This document shows positions 35,601 to 48,200 of a stretch of DNA of 64,000 bases, piece after piece. Within the stretch, counting starts at the first letter, position 1, and each line of letters begins with the position of its first letter. A program made the translations under genes and the position numbers. The DNA comes from Hydrolagus colliei. Taxonomy: Eukaryota. The notes under the pieces are model-generated. The model saw only the letters and a program-made list of their open reading frames with translations, was not told where the DNA came from and did no database searches. The DNA lies in assembly GCA_035084275.1 (NCBI GenBank), contig CM068752.1, positions 10,106,001 to 10,170,000 on the forward strand, written 5' to 3'.

Positions 35601-37299
35601 TTTGCGTTTTGGTACATACACACAGCACGGCAGGTAAGCACTCTGGGTCGCTAACCGGCGCGAAGGGCAGTGTGAAGTTATAATAGGCACCCAATTCAAT
35701 GGGTACAGGAGTAAGATTCCTTTTGTTTTGTCCCTCCAGGTTCTGTGTGGCTCCAAGTACCTCGTGAGAGGAGAATCTGCCCGTGATCACATTGACCTTC
35801 TGGTATCGTCACGTTACTGGCCTCCCGTCTACATGGTGGAGATGGCACCTCAGGTGGCATTAAACGCTGATGTGCGTTACCCAGAACTCGCCAAACAAAT
35901 GTGGGAGCACAAACAAGGCTGCTTCTCAGACCCACTGGAACCACCAAAGGTTAGATCCTTCATTGGCTGCCAAGCATTGTTGGTCGACCAATCCAATACG
36001 TGGACGTGGAACACTGTAGCTCAGTGGTTAGAGCACTCGACTTACAAGCATGAGACGTGTGTTCAAATCCAGGCAGGTCAGGTCAAAACCTTGGGCCACA
36101 AAACCTTCCTTACCCCACACGCACACACACACATACTTGCGCACCTAATAAATCCCTCAAAAATACACAATAATAAAATTGGTCATTTCAATCCACGACT
36201 GTTTGTGGGGCGCTACTGTGCGCAATTGGCTGCCGCATTTCGCCCACAAATATACAGTCAATCTACTTTACAGTATTTTCTGTGAAGCGCTTTGAGACAT
36301 TTAGAAGATGTGAAAAACGCAAATGCAAGGATTATTATTATACATTCTGTTTTATGACCGAAAAGGTCCCCACTCATTCGGTAGCTACTGGTAAGAAAAC
36401 AGTGATTAAACACAGAATGATCTAGACGCTGCTCACTGGACACTTCCAGCCTGTGGGCCACAATTTGGCCGATGCTGAGTTATAATAACACTATAATAAT
36501 CCTTGCATTTGCTATAGCGCTTTTCACATCTTATCGACATCACAAAGTGCTTCACAGAATATACTGTAAAATGAATTGCCTGTATATTTGTGAGAGAAAT
36601 GTGGTAGCCAATTGCGCATAGCAGAGTTCCACAAACAGTCATGGATTGAAATGAACCATTTTTTTTTTTGGAGGGTTTATTATCAAGAGATAAGTTTTGC
36701 CCTGACCTGTCGTAAATTGATCCTTGGTCTCTGAATTGCGAAGCGAATGCTCTAACCACTGAGCCACAGGACTCTACATCATACAAGCGGGTGCGTGGTG
36801 TGCGTTCCGCCACTCGGGTTTAAAATGCCGCTTGCTCTCCTTCCAGCTCGTGTCCTGCCCAGAGCTGCTAGAGCAACATTACACAATGGATGCCTCTCTG
36901 CTGGAGAACAACATCCAACATCCCATCACCAAGTCCTGCGCCCGCAGAATCGTGCAGCCCAGCACGGATCAGATCATGGACAGGGACAGCCTCGCGAGGC
37001 ACCATTCTGCCACCCTTTGCGGTGAACTGGATTCCTACAGCGACTTCCTGGCCGCCCTTCCTCACAGCAAGGTGAACTGTGTGCGGCAAAAGGCTATTCA
37101 GTTTGAAAACGCTACCTATTACTATTTATACAACCGGCTGGTCGATTTTCTCACCAGCCGGGACATCGTGAATCAGCAGATCAGTGAAGTGTTACAGAGC
37201 TGCCAGCCGGGGGAAGTGATCATACGGGATAGTTTGTACAGGCTGGGGATCGCTCACCTGAACACGGAGAGCGAGACCGAGACCGAGGAGCTGCTGTAG
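14641..37299 (+). CDS. HMGXB3: HMG box domain-containing protein 3 (N-terminal HMG box, two Cys4 zinc-ribbon-like modules, C-terminal Cys-cluster/KDZ-transposase-derived region), ~1313 aa
   Basis: Coding exons 14641-14780, 17082-17256, 18267-18899, 20778-20924, 22713-23068, 23603-23730, 24012-24113, 24330-24448 (3' end uncertain), 24929-25033, 25855-26007, 26889-27187, 27511-27638, 28004-28135, 30392-30576, 30926-31145, 31886-32019, 34704-34826, 35740-35949, 36847-37299 join in frame. Recognised motifs: [13 protein letters not shown]...[12 protein letters not shown]...[11 protein letters not shown] (HMG box), [93 protein letters not shown] small additional exon in the variable middle cannot be excluded. 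Confidence 0.93.
20296..20612 (-). mobile_element. tRNA-derived SINE, near full length
   Basis: Same family consensus. Confidence 0.85.
20935..21165 (+). mobile_element. Degenerate CR1 LINE 3' fragment
   Basis: ...ATTGACAGATTTCTT...AAGGGATATGGGGG...TCAGCCATGATCTTATTGAATGGCG...AAATGGCCTACTCTTGCTCCT...TTCTTATGTT, a typical CR1 3' end. Similar pieces at ~46020-46145 (+), ~16300-16650 (-) and ~7400-7720. Confidence 0.7.
25335..25637 (+). mobile_element. tRNA-derived SINE, full length
   Basis: Same family consensus. A more degraded copy lies at ~24470-24710 (+). Confidence 0.85.
26358..26602 (-). mobile_element. tRNA-derived SINE, 5'-truncated
   Basis: Same family consensus. Confidence 0.85.
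30005..30321 (+). mobile_element. tRNA-derived SINE, full length
   Basis: TGGAGTCCTGTAGCTCAGTGGTTAGAGCACTCGCCTTACAAGCGTGAGACCTATGTTCAAATCC (A box, TAC anticodon-like loop, B box), then core and (ATT)n tail. Confidence 0.9.
36008..36340 (+). mobile_element. tRNA-derived SINE, full length
   Basis: Same family consensus. Confidence 0.85.
36490..36775 (-). mobile_element. tRNA-derived SINE
   Basis: Same family consensus, inverted relative to the 36008-36340 copy. Confidence 0.85.
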
Positions 37300-37574
37300 C
37301 CGACGCTTCTCATCCGTTAAGAAACAAGAAGAAAAAAAAAGATCTGTCGAGTCATGTATTTATTCACTACTTCTATTTAATTTACAAAAAAACATTGCGT
37401 CTGTATTTATTTTTCCTTTTCCGCTTCTCTCTCGTATGCCTTTTGTCGGGTGAAGAGCAGAGACTCACGGGTAGATTCAGTTCGGGCATGGTTTTGAGTG
37501 CCGTAGAATACTTGGGAGTCTAATTTATTTTGCTTTGCCCTCAGACTGAATTTTTCTTGCAAATCTGGATGCAT

Positions 37575-37901
37575 TTTATCATTCTTGAATTTGATATAGC
37601 GCTTTTCAAGTCTTTTAGAAGTCTGAAAACACTTCACAGTATATACTGTAAAGTGAATTGACTTTGAATTGAATTTCGCTCACAAAGCGAAATGCGACAG
37701 CCAATTGTGCACACTAGTGTCCCACAAACAGTCATGGATTGAAATGACCAGTTTTTATTATTGCGGTGTATTTTGGAGAGATAATTATAAGGCGTTTGGA
37801 CTAAGCAATCTTGCCCAAGGTTTCACCCTGACCTGCCTGGATTCGAACACTGGTCTCACAATTGTAAGGCGAGTGCTCTAACCACTGAGCTACAGGACTC
37901 C
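37575..37901 (-). mobile_element. tRNA-derived SINE, full length, probably in the HMGXB3 3'UTR
   Basis: Same family consensus, ~280 bp after the HMGXB3 stop codon. Confidence 0.85.
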
Positions 37902-37919
37902 CATTTTCCACTTGTTTCA

Positions 37920-38560
37920 ACAACAACAACAAATTACATTTATAGAGCGCCTTTCACGTCGGGAGGATGTCCCAAGGCGCTGCACAGGAGGCGTGTGACC
38001 CGAGCTGGGAGTGGAGTGTTTGGGAAGGGGTGAAACACGAAGGGGAGGTCGAAAAATTCACATGAGTAAGGCTTGTTCTTCGTGACCTTGGCGGGGAATG
38101 GTAAGAACTTGCGAGGCAAAAGGCAACCCTAAGTCCATCCAGTTCACCTTCCCCAATCATGTCATAAGTCAAACCGTTGCTTGCGGGACCATTGTCCACA
38201 ACCACTGAGTAAGCTGTTCCCTCGCACTTACCAGTTAATGTTTCAGATCTACCTGTCTGCACACCCAAAGCATGGTCACCAGGAGGAAGGTCTTCATGAA
38301 CACCTTGAAGTTGGGGAAGGAGGGAGCAAGGAGGTGAGATTGAAGGAGGGGGTTTTGGGTGAGGCGTAGAGGCTGAATTTGTGGCTGCCGATGGTGGAAC
38401 AGAGGGGCGCGAGGGACAAGTAGAGGGCAGTCGAGCGGAGTGGGTTGGGGAGTAAGCAGGTTGGAGAGAATGGGGGAGATGCCAGGGTACGAGGGGATTT
38501 GAAGGCGAGTGTGAGAATCTCAAAATCGATCCGTTTGCTGACAGGGAGCTAAGGGGGTAC
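37920..38560 (-). mobile_element. L2-clade LINE 3' fragment with a nested CR1-like tail
   Basis: Begins with (CAA)n-AATTACATTTATAGAGCGCCTTTCACGTCGGGAGGATGTCCCAAGGCGCTG, the reverse-strand L2 tail. The minus-strand ORF reads like the L2 ORF2 C-terminus (SNPLVPWHLPHSLQPAYSP...PSVPPSAATNSAS). The segment at ~38100-38230 resembles a CR1 3' end. Same tail also at ~11815, 12055, 12150, 15710, 23140, 40430, 42725, 43105, 50580, 50700 and 60195. Confidence 0.7.
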
Positions 38561-41500
38561 AGAGTTTAATGGGTGAGTATGCAGAATGAGAAGAATTCAG
38601 CATTTTCTGTACCTCAAGGTAGATCATTCCACATGCAGAACCATCGAAATTTACAGCCCGGAAGATGGCCGTTTGGCCGCTCATGTATCTCTTGACTGAA
38701 AGATCAATTCAGTCCTTTACCTGCCTTTCCTTTCCGTCTATCTGCAAATTATTCCTTTAATCTAGCGTCAAATAAAGGGCAGCAATATTTGACAGTCATG
38801 TTTGGCTTAGTTAAAAATTTGTCTCTGGCTGGAGATCTGTATCTGCAAAAGAATTTTCAATCGACTTGAGGCAACTAACTAATGCAAATAAATAAAGATG
38901 GGTTTCTGAGAGGTTCCCAGCTAATAGGAAAATCCTGAATATTGACCTTGTGAGGGAAGCTGCACAGAGGCTGCAACATCGGATTATAATGGGCATTATT
39001 TATATCTCCCCTCCGTATAACTGGTGTAGAATACCTTTGAAGGACTTTTAACGGACCTCACTGTGATAGTCCCTGTCTGACCACTGTCTGTCTGTCTCGG
39101 ACCATCGATTAAGCTGGAACCTTGTGGAGAATTTAATTAATATACGAAGCGATTAAATTTTTCATGTCTAGAAGATGTGAAAAGCGTTCTTATCAGGTGC
39201 AAAGATTATTATTATTTAATATTAAAGTTCCTGCTGATTTTCTTCCCGGGCTTGCACACTGTGAGCAACATTGACAATTAGTGTATTCTTTTTTGATCGT
39301 GATTACTTGCCTCCCTCTCCCTCGGCTCGGTGTCAGACTCCGCCACTGTGAAGCACTCCGGGATGCTAGTCCATGTGAAGAGCGCTATATAAATGCCCAG
39401 TTCTCAGTCTCATAGCCCATCATGCTCTCTCGCCCGCTCACAAAAGAAAAGTAGAAATCTAATTTTGTTTTTATTTCTTATAAAACAAGGTATTCTGTGG
39501 TTAAAAAAAATTGCTCTAGTTACAGGTTTGTTTCAAAAATACAGCAATACAGTGAGCCAGTAATAAATATACAATTAATTTCTTTTATAAAGTAAATTTA
39601 TGTTTTTTAATACAACATTTCACAGCTTCTGCGTAGAAAATTATTCAAACATAATCATTTTGAGGATTGTTACTATGTACAAAGAGTAAGACAGTTTATT
39701 ATCCTTGTCTTTCGAATGGTTAGTGCTGAGTGAAAGTTACAGCTTTATTGTAATAGTTACTTGTATGGTTGGACTGAAATGTTGAAATGCATTAATTTAA
39801 GAGCAATGCCCTGTGTAAGGCAATACTTTTAACTGCTGCTCCACAATCGATAAAAGCAGGGTAGTAGTTTTCTCTGAATGAAATGGGTGGATGTCGTTAG
39901 TGGGGCAGGACCGGGTCTGAAATGACACTAACGTAGGTTCCTGTCTGTGTGTAAACCAGCGGAAAAAAAAATGATCCTTTAGTCTTAACACAAAACCTTT
40001 CCCCTATTCGACAATAGGTTTTAGTTCAAAAGTTAAAAATAAGAGATGGACCGAGTGCAGTTTTCAGGCAGGGATTACGAATAATGTTGCTATTGCCATC
40101 CAAGTTGGATGTGAGTAAGACACAACTCTTAATTCAGTTCTCTCATCCTTCCTTCCAACTACTCAGAACAGGAGAAAACATAAAATGGAAATGGCCAGTA
40201 GTGATGTGATGTGGCATCAATATCAGTCAGCCAGTCACTTGCTGATCCATTCATCTTGGAACACATATGTGCTGTGGCTGCCATAGAATCAGTGTTACCT
40301 TGCCTCCTTCCAGACCTGTTTCAAGATTAGGCCTTCTTTCAATCCCCCCCCCCCACTAACATACCCTCCTCTCCGTCCACCCCTCCTGATCTCAACCACC
40401 AGCTCGGGTGTGGGTCCCTGACTGTCCGGCGCCCTGGGACGTCTTCCTAACGTGAAACTTGTGAAAGTCACATGCGCTCCACACATGCAATTTTTTATTG
40501 TGACCACTCAAGGATAAGACTAGACTTTTACTCTCCTTCTCTACCGAGGTGACGTTCAGTTGTTTAGCTTCCCTCCCCCACCCCTACCACCCACGACCTT
40601 CCCCAGAGAGCATTGTGTAACAAGGGCTGAAAAGAGCTGTGGTTCGATAAAGCTGACTCCACAAGATGGGTGGTTTGAGCTGTCGTTAGTGGCTTTTTGA
40701 TTTCACAATTGCAGTGGCTGCCCAGAGTGAGCAGATGCCTTTGGTCAGTGCTCAGACGTGCCTTTCGCCCACAGTCCACGAGTTAAATAGCACGACTTGA
40801 ACCCTTACAGTTAACTAACGTACGTATCCAACAGTGAGAAAGTAAATTCCCCATTTGCTCTGTCCCTCTCTTCCCCTTTGACAATTTTTTTTTTCTCTTT
40901 CTCAGCCGTCGAGTCTGTCCTTTGCTCTCTTTCCCTTTCCGCATGTCTCTGCTGGGAAAATAACTTCATGCTAAGTAAGAGAATGCAGGACTCGCTTGAT
41001 CGCTAAAACGTTGGTTGAATCATTGTAGACAGGTTTGAGAGGAAGATGGTTAAGACTCCAGCAGTTCTCCCAACACACTGCACACTCTGGGGTCCCGAAA
41101 CCGTGGCTCTTGCCAACCTGCGCCTAATATATTATGGAATTTGCTAAACAGGATGCGTCCCTCCAGGGCGAGAGAGAGAGAATGCGCATTCCATTCTATC
41201 TATCTGGGATTTCCATGTGAAGGTGGGATGCATGGAATCCTCTGCTTGGCTTGGAGACTCTTAAGCAACGGTGATGGGTTTCCGCATGTGTCAACAATAA
41301 GGAAACTTGATAGGCACATGAAGGAGTGTGGAATTGAAGAGGGCGGGAAGGAGGGAGGGAGGGAGTTTGTGGAGACTTTTAAATATAAACCTGGCATAGA
41401 CTTGACTGGTTAGGCCAAATAGCATGTTTTCCTGTTGTACGTTCTGTATAAATCTTAGCCGATGCTCGGCAAACTCTTTTGACATCTCCATATGTTTGGG

Positions 41501-41844
41501 ATTAGATGGGAGCCAAAGGCGTATGTTCTAAGTTAACAGGCTTCCGGTTATGCGGGTAAGACTCGTGCCAGTTAAGCCTTTGCTAAAACCAGATTGTTAT
41601 AGCAATCAATGGGATCCGCTCTCCTCCAGATCTACACAGCGAGAGTATGCATTAGGAAACGCCAGGACTCTTTCCTAATAACATAATCGGTCCTCGTCGA
41701 CGACAGTACCTCTTTGTGCGAAGCGGAACCCAAGCAAAATTTTGGTGAGGGCTGTTACATTTCCTTTATCAAAAAGGCACTCGCTTAGATTGTAATTATG
41801 TTAAATCTTTGCGATCAACCACACTCCGCATATACACACACTCG

Positions 41845-41877
<33 letters not shown>

Positions 41878-42271
41878 CAAAAACAAGGCACGTGATGTGA
41901 GCAGCTGTAACATGTACATGTTACCTATCCGGCTGTGAGTTGGACGTTATTAATCTCACTCATGGCTTTTGTGTTTCTTTCATTTGTCGTCGGTGTTTCA
42001 CGTGTGTCGTCACTCAGGACGGTGGGTGGGGGTTAACTAGCGAGAGGAGAACAAGTCACAGCCCACCTTCCGAGTCACACACTCTCTTTCCCCCCCCCAC
42101 CCCCAACCCCTCACCAGCGTGTTTTCCGTGGACAACGTCGTAGCTACAAAATCGATCAAACTCTCGACTGGGAGCGATTAAAAAAATAATAATTAAGGGG
42201 ATGCAGTCCGAATCGTTCGTTCGTCTCCCTCTACCTGACCGACGGAGATGTTAGGAAAGGAGCTTTGTGTG

Positions 42272-45200
42272 TCAGTCTTCAATTTGATATTGTTTCATGT
42301 ATAATGGAAGGCAGCTGCAGACATAGTGGCTGAAGTAGAGACCTGCTTTGCACTGTTTGCTCTGCGTCCTGCAAGGCAATCTGTAGCATCTGTTTTGGAA
42401 AGAGAGACAGAAAGAGAGAGAAGGAAGATCAATGGCTCGTCTGAGATTTTCATGTCCAATGTTTGTCTATTAGTGCAAGAGGCGGAGAGGGTTTTTTTTT
42501 ATTACAGCTTCTGGCCAGAACAAATGTTATTGGAATCCAATGTTTAGTCCCAAGTCAACTTCGAAACGATGTGCTAAACAAAACAAAGTGGGTTCGGGAT
42601 CTCACATGATTGGAATCCTTGCTTCTCCTTCTACCGGCGTTGGATCAAGATAACCGTGTGTGTGAGTGTGTGTGTGTTAGCTCCAGCAATGATCATGTAT
42701 GTGTGTGTTAGCTACAGCAATGATACAGCGCCTTGGAACGTCCTCTCAACGTGAAAGGCGCTATATAAATGTAAGTTTTGATTGATTGATCCTGTGTGTG
42801 TTAGCTCCAGCAATGATCATGTGTGTGTGTGTGTGTGTGTGTGTATGTTAGCTTCAGCAATGACCCTATGCATTGCCTTTAGAACTGAAGACTGTAATCA
42901 GCGCCATTGATTAATTAAGCTTTGTTTATCAAAAGCGGGTCAGTGTGCCCTATTCAGTGTGATCTCTCCCTCCTTCCAGACCCGTCTCAAGACTCCCCTC
43001 TTGGACTGAGCACGAGGTCACCCTCCTACCCCTACCCTCCTCTCCCCGCCATCCACCCCTCCTGATCCCAACCACCAGCTCGTGAGCGTAATCTCTGACT
43101 ATCCAGCGTCTTGGGACTTCCTTGTGTAATAATAATAGTTGTGGGAAAGAGTGCTTGCGAGAGAGATAATAATAATCCTTGAATTTGATACAGCGCTTTT
43201 CATGTCTTCTAAACATCGCAAAGCGCTTCACAGAATATACTGTAAAGTGATTTGACTGTATATTTATGGGCGAAACGCGACAGCCAATTACGCACAGCAG
43301 TGTCCCCACAAACAGTCGTGCATTGGCATGACCAATTATATTATGTGTTTTTTTTGGTGGGGGATTATTATTAGGCGTATGGAGTAAGGAAAGTTGCCCA
43401 AGGTTTATCCCTGACCTGCCTAGATTCGAACACAGGTCTCACAGCTTGTAAGGTGAGCGCTCTAACCACTAAGTTACAATAAATGCTAGGAGGGTGACAT
43501 GGGTGGACTGGACGGCCAGTCTTTGGCTGAGCAAATTCTTACGTTCTTATGAAAGAAAGACAGAAAGAGAGAGGGAAGGAGACCCCCAAAAAAACTAAGG
43601 AAGGTGTGTCCATCACCTCACCTGCATGTCTGTGGATCGAATCGTTTGCCTTTGAGGAAGCAGGAGGATAAGGACTCATTACATTGACAGGTGCAAGTGT
43701 CTGGGTTTAGCGGCTGTGATTTGGGGCAGGTCCTGGCGCAGGCACATTGGCAGGTGGCCTGGTCCCAATGCTGGTGTTCTCCGCAGGCTTTCCCAGGCAG
43801 CTCCCGCTCACACACGCAGCCACAGGTGCTCTCGTCCAGCCTCTGGTTGGGGCCGCAATTGGACGTCGAGAGCCCATTTGCGCAGATGCAACCGCAGGTT
43901 TCTTCGTCAAACCGCATGCGAGGGCCACAAATCTCGTCGTCCGTATCTCCTGTCAGCGTGTGGAGGACGTAATAATAACACTAATGATAACAATAATCCT
44001 TGCATTTGATAATAGCACTTTTCATATCTTCTAGAAAAGTGAATCGACTGTACATTTTGTGGGTGAAACGCGGCAGCCAATTGCGCACAGCTGTGTCCCC
44101 ACAAACAGTCGTGGATTGAAATAGCCAATTTATTATTATTATTTATTATTATAGAAGGATTATTTTTAGGTGTGTGTGTGTGTGTGTGTGTGGAGTAAGG
44201 AAACTTGCCTAAGGTTTCGCCCTGACCTGCCTGGAATTGAACCCCGCTCTCTCACCTGTAAGGCGAGTGCTCGACTCCAATGACCTACGGGACATGTCAG
44301 TGACATGATGCGTTTTTGACAACTCTACTTCTTGACAACAACTCAGGTTTGTACACAGCATCCTTCACATTAGGATAGAGTTTTGAAACGCTGCACAGTG
44401 GCAGGGTTGGACATTGAGCAAGTAGAGAAGGAGAGGGAGTAGGAGAAGTTATTACTGTGTTAAGTAATAAGAACAATAATAAGTCTTAAAGTGGAATTTA
44501 AATGTAGATGAAGAGGGGTGACGCGGAAGGGTTGGGGCAAGAAGTTTCAGAGGTGAGAGCCAAGTAACTGAAGTCAAGTAGAATGACAATTAATTATGCA
44601 GGGTCTTTGCCTGTCAAAAATTACATAGTCACTACACTTTACACTGCAACCTGTCAAGCACTTTGGGACATCCTCCCAATGTGAAAGAGGCTTTGTCAAT
44701 TGCAAGGATTATTTGCGATTATCATAAGGTCAGTAACTCACTATGAACAGCCTATGTTTAAATCCTGTCACACAACCCCTGGTGTGACTATCAATATTTA
44801 TCAAGTGAGCGAAATAGTTCCTATAAAGCCAGCAATATTTTTCGTCGCTAAATAATTCCCCACAAATCTCATAATCCTGCTTCAAACTGCAACACCATTC
44901 TCTGATTATTGTATCGTCTCTCGATAATTTACTTGGCAGATGGTTTAATCCCATTTTGCCACCTTACCCTTTAAGGTCCCAGCCCCCAAACCCATCCAAT
45001 CTGAAACGTTTAAACAATCTTTAGCCCTGCACACATTGCTCTGAAATGACAATATGCCGTATACAGTATTCCAGAGAATATTGCTGCAGGAAGTTTGGGG
45101 AATGTTACGTTTATTCCACCAGCGAGTGGGCCGAGAACACAGCTTCACATCTTTCAGATGAGACGTTGAAATCTGGTCTCCTCTTCAGGTGGAATTTAAA

Positions 45201-48200
45201 GGTCCCTTTACTCAAGTGTAGAAGAGAAGGGAGTTCCCGATTAACAATCAACCGATACAATTTGGCCATTGATTTCACTCCTGTTCACTGAGATGCTCGC
45301 TGGCATTAACTACTGCCGTGTTTGCTTACAATAACAGTCACTGCACTTGCAAGTGATTAAGCTGGGAAGTGCTCCGAGCTGTTTGTGGGCGGCGCGGAGC
45401 TATATAAAAATATACAAGTTTCTTCTTTAACGACCTCTGCAATCAATAGAACACTGTTTCGTACCTAACACGCGTGGACAAGTTCACAGCAGTTTTGTTC
45501 TGTTGCTTTGCTCTAGTGTATTGTGTTATTCTGCAGCCTATTCTGTTTAGCTATCATGATAATAATAATAATTATCCTTGCGTTTCATATACAGTAGCAC
45601 CTTATTTGTTGAGATGTCTGAAAGCGCTTTGTAGAATATTCTACAGAGTCAATTGGCTGTGTATTAGTTTCTACTTTTCAGATTATTTAATTTGCTCCTA
45701 AAAGTCTAACAGAGGTTCTGCCTCAAATGTAGTTCAAGGCCAAGTGCATAACAAATCTCTCCTAACATCTCTCTTTGCTCTCCTGGCAATTCCTTGAACC
45801 GGTGGCCTCTGTAACCTTGCTTGTCAACCTTTACTCCTCTTAGAAAAACCTTCTCCAAATCTCACAAGGAAAAACTTCTCATCCCTTGTGTTACCCAGGT
45901 CAATCTCCCCACCCCTGCACTAACTCCATGATTTTGTAATTGGCTGTCACGTTTTACCCACAAGATGGTACAGTCAATTCACTTTACAGTTTGTTCTGTG
46001 AAGCACTTTGATATTTGTTAGGTCAGGGTATCAAGGTATATGGGGGCAAGGAGAGGTAATTGAAGCTGAGGTGTAGATCAGCCATGACATTATAGATTGG
46101 CGGAACAGGCTCGAGGGGCTGAATGGCCTCTTCGTGCTTCTGTGTCTCAATGATAGGATAAGGTGCTACATCAAATGCAAGGGTAATAATAATATTATTA
46201 TCTCTCTTAGAGGGACGTGTTCAAAACTGATCACACACTTCAGCTTGCAACCTAGCGACCTCCAATGCATGTGTCTTGCAATATAGCTCAGTAAATGAGT
46301 GCTTCAGGGCCCTGGGCTGGAGCCTTTGAAATGTTTTTCAAAGTGTTCAATGAACTTGAAAACGTAGAAAATGTGGAACATATTGTGAGGCACGGGAGCA
46401 AATAGCAGGGACTCTGGCCACGATCTTTCGATCTTTCAAACAAGGTAGATCTTCACTTAGAAAGATATAGGCTAATAAAGGACAGTCAACATGGATTTGT
46501 TAAAGGCAAATCTTGCCTTACAAATCTGATAGAATTTTTTGATGAGGTAACGGAATGGGTGGATAATGGTAGCGCAGTTGATGTAGTTTACATGGACTTT
46601 CAAAAGGCATTTGACAAAGTGCCACATGAGAGACTTATTATGAAATTAAAGGCCCATGGCGTAAAAGGGACAGTGGCAGCGTGGATCCACAACTGGCTGT
46701 GAGACAGAAAGCAGAGAGTTGTAGTGAGCGGCTGTTTTTCAGATTGGAGGAAAGTGAGCAGTGGTGTGCCACAGGGATTGGTTTTGGGACCATTGCTGTT
46801 TGTAATCTACATCAATGATCTGGACTTGGGTGTACGGAGTACAGTTTCCAAGTTTGCAGATGACACTAAGTTAGGGAGAATAGTAAACAGTGAGGAGGAT
46901 AGTAGCCATCTGCAAGAGGATATAGACAAATTGGTAAAGTGGGCAGACACATGGCAGATGAAGTTTAATGCAGAGAAGTGTGAGGTGATGCATTTTGGGA
47001 GAAGAAATGAAGGGAGGCAATATAGGCTAGATAGTACAATTTTAAATGGTGTAAAGGAACAGAGAGACCTGGGGATTTGTGTTAGTGACTCGTTGAAGGT
47101 GGCAGGACAGGTAGACAAGGCTGTTAAGAAGGCATATGGGATACTAGGCTTTATAAATAGGGGTATAGAGTACAAAAGTCAGGAAGTGCTGACTAACCTC
47201 TATAGGACTTTGGTGAGGCCTCAGCTGGAATACTGTGTTCAATTCTGGTCACCACACTACAGAAAGGATGTGAAGGCATTGGAAAGGGTACAACGAAGAT
47301 TTACTAGGATGGTGCCAGGATTGAGGGACTTCAGCTATGAGGAGAGGCTAGATAGGCTAGGGTTATTCTCTCTGGAGCAGAGAAGATTGAGGGGAGACCT
47401 AATAGAGGTTTATAAGACCATGAGTAGTTTCGACAGGGTAAATAGAGAAAAACTATTTCCACTCGTGGGTGAATCTGTGACTCGTGGTCACAGATTTAAA
47501 ATAGTTTCAAGGCGCAGTAGAGGAGAGCTGAGGAGAATTTTTTTCACTCAGCGAGTTGTTCGAATCTGGAATGCATTGCCTGAAAAGGTGGTGGAGGCTG
47601 ATTCGATAACAACTTTTAAAAGGGAATTAGATCTTTATTTAGGGAGAACGGGTCTATTAGGCTATGGGGAGCGGGCAGGGCAGTGGGATTGAATCGCTCT
47701 TTTCAAAGAGCCGGCACAGACTAGATGGGCTGAATGGCCTCCTTTTGTGCCGTAAAATTCTATGATTCTACGATTCTATATTGGGAAGAGTCTGTACTTG
47801 CCCCCAGAGCAGCTAACTCTCCCCACTAACAAAAGGGATTGTCGAAGCGCTCTCTCTGTGTCTCCTACATGCTGGGGTCTGTTATCTGAGCTTGTAGAAT
47901 AACAACAATCCTTGCATTTGATATAGCACTTTATCACGTTGTTGAGACATCTCAAAGTGCTTCACAGAATATACTGTGAAATGGACTGACCGTGCATTTT
48001 GTGGGCGAAACACGGCAGCCAATTGAGCCTAACAGTGTCCCACAAACAGATGGAGTGACCAAATTGTTTCTTTCAGGGATTATTTCCTCCCCGGAAAGCA
48101 ATCCGTCAATTGATTGGGTTCCTATTTACTGCTAGATAAACAGAGGCGTGCAGAGTAAGGTGACTTGTCTAAGATTTCGCCCTGCCCGGGAATCGAATCC

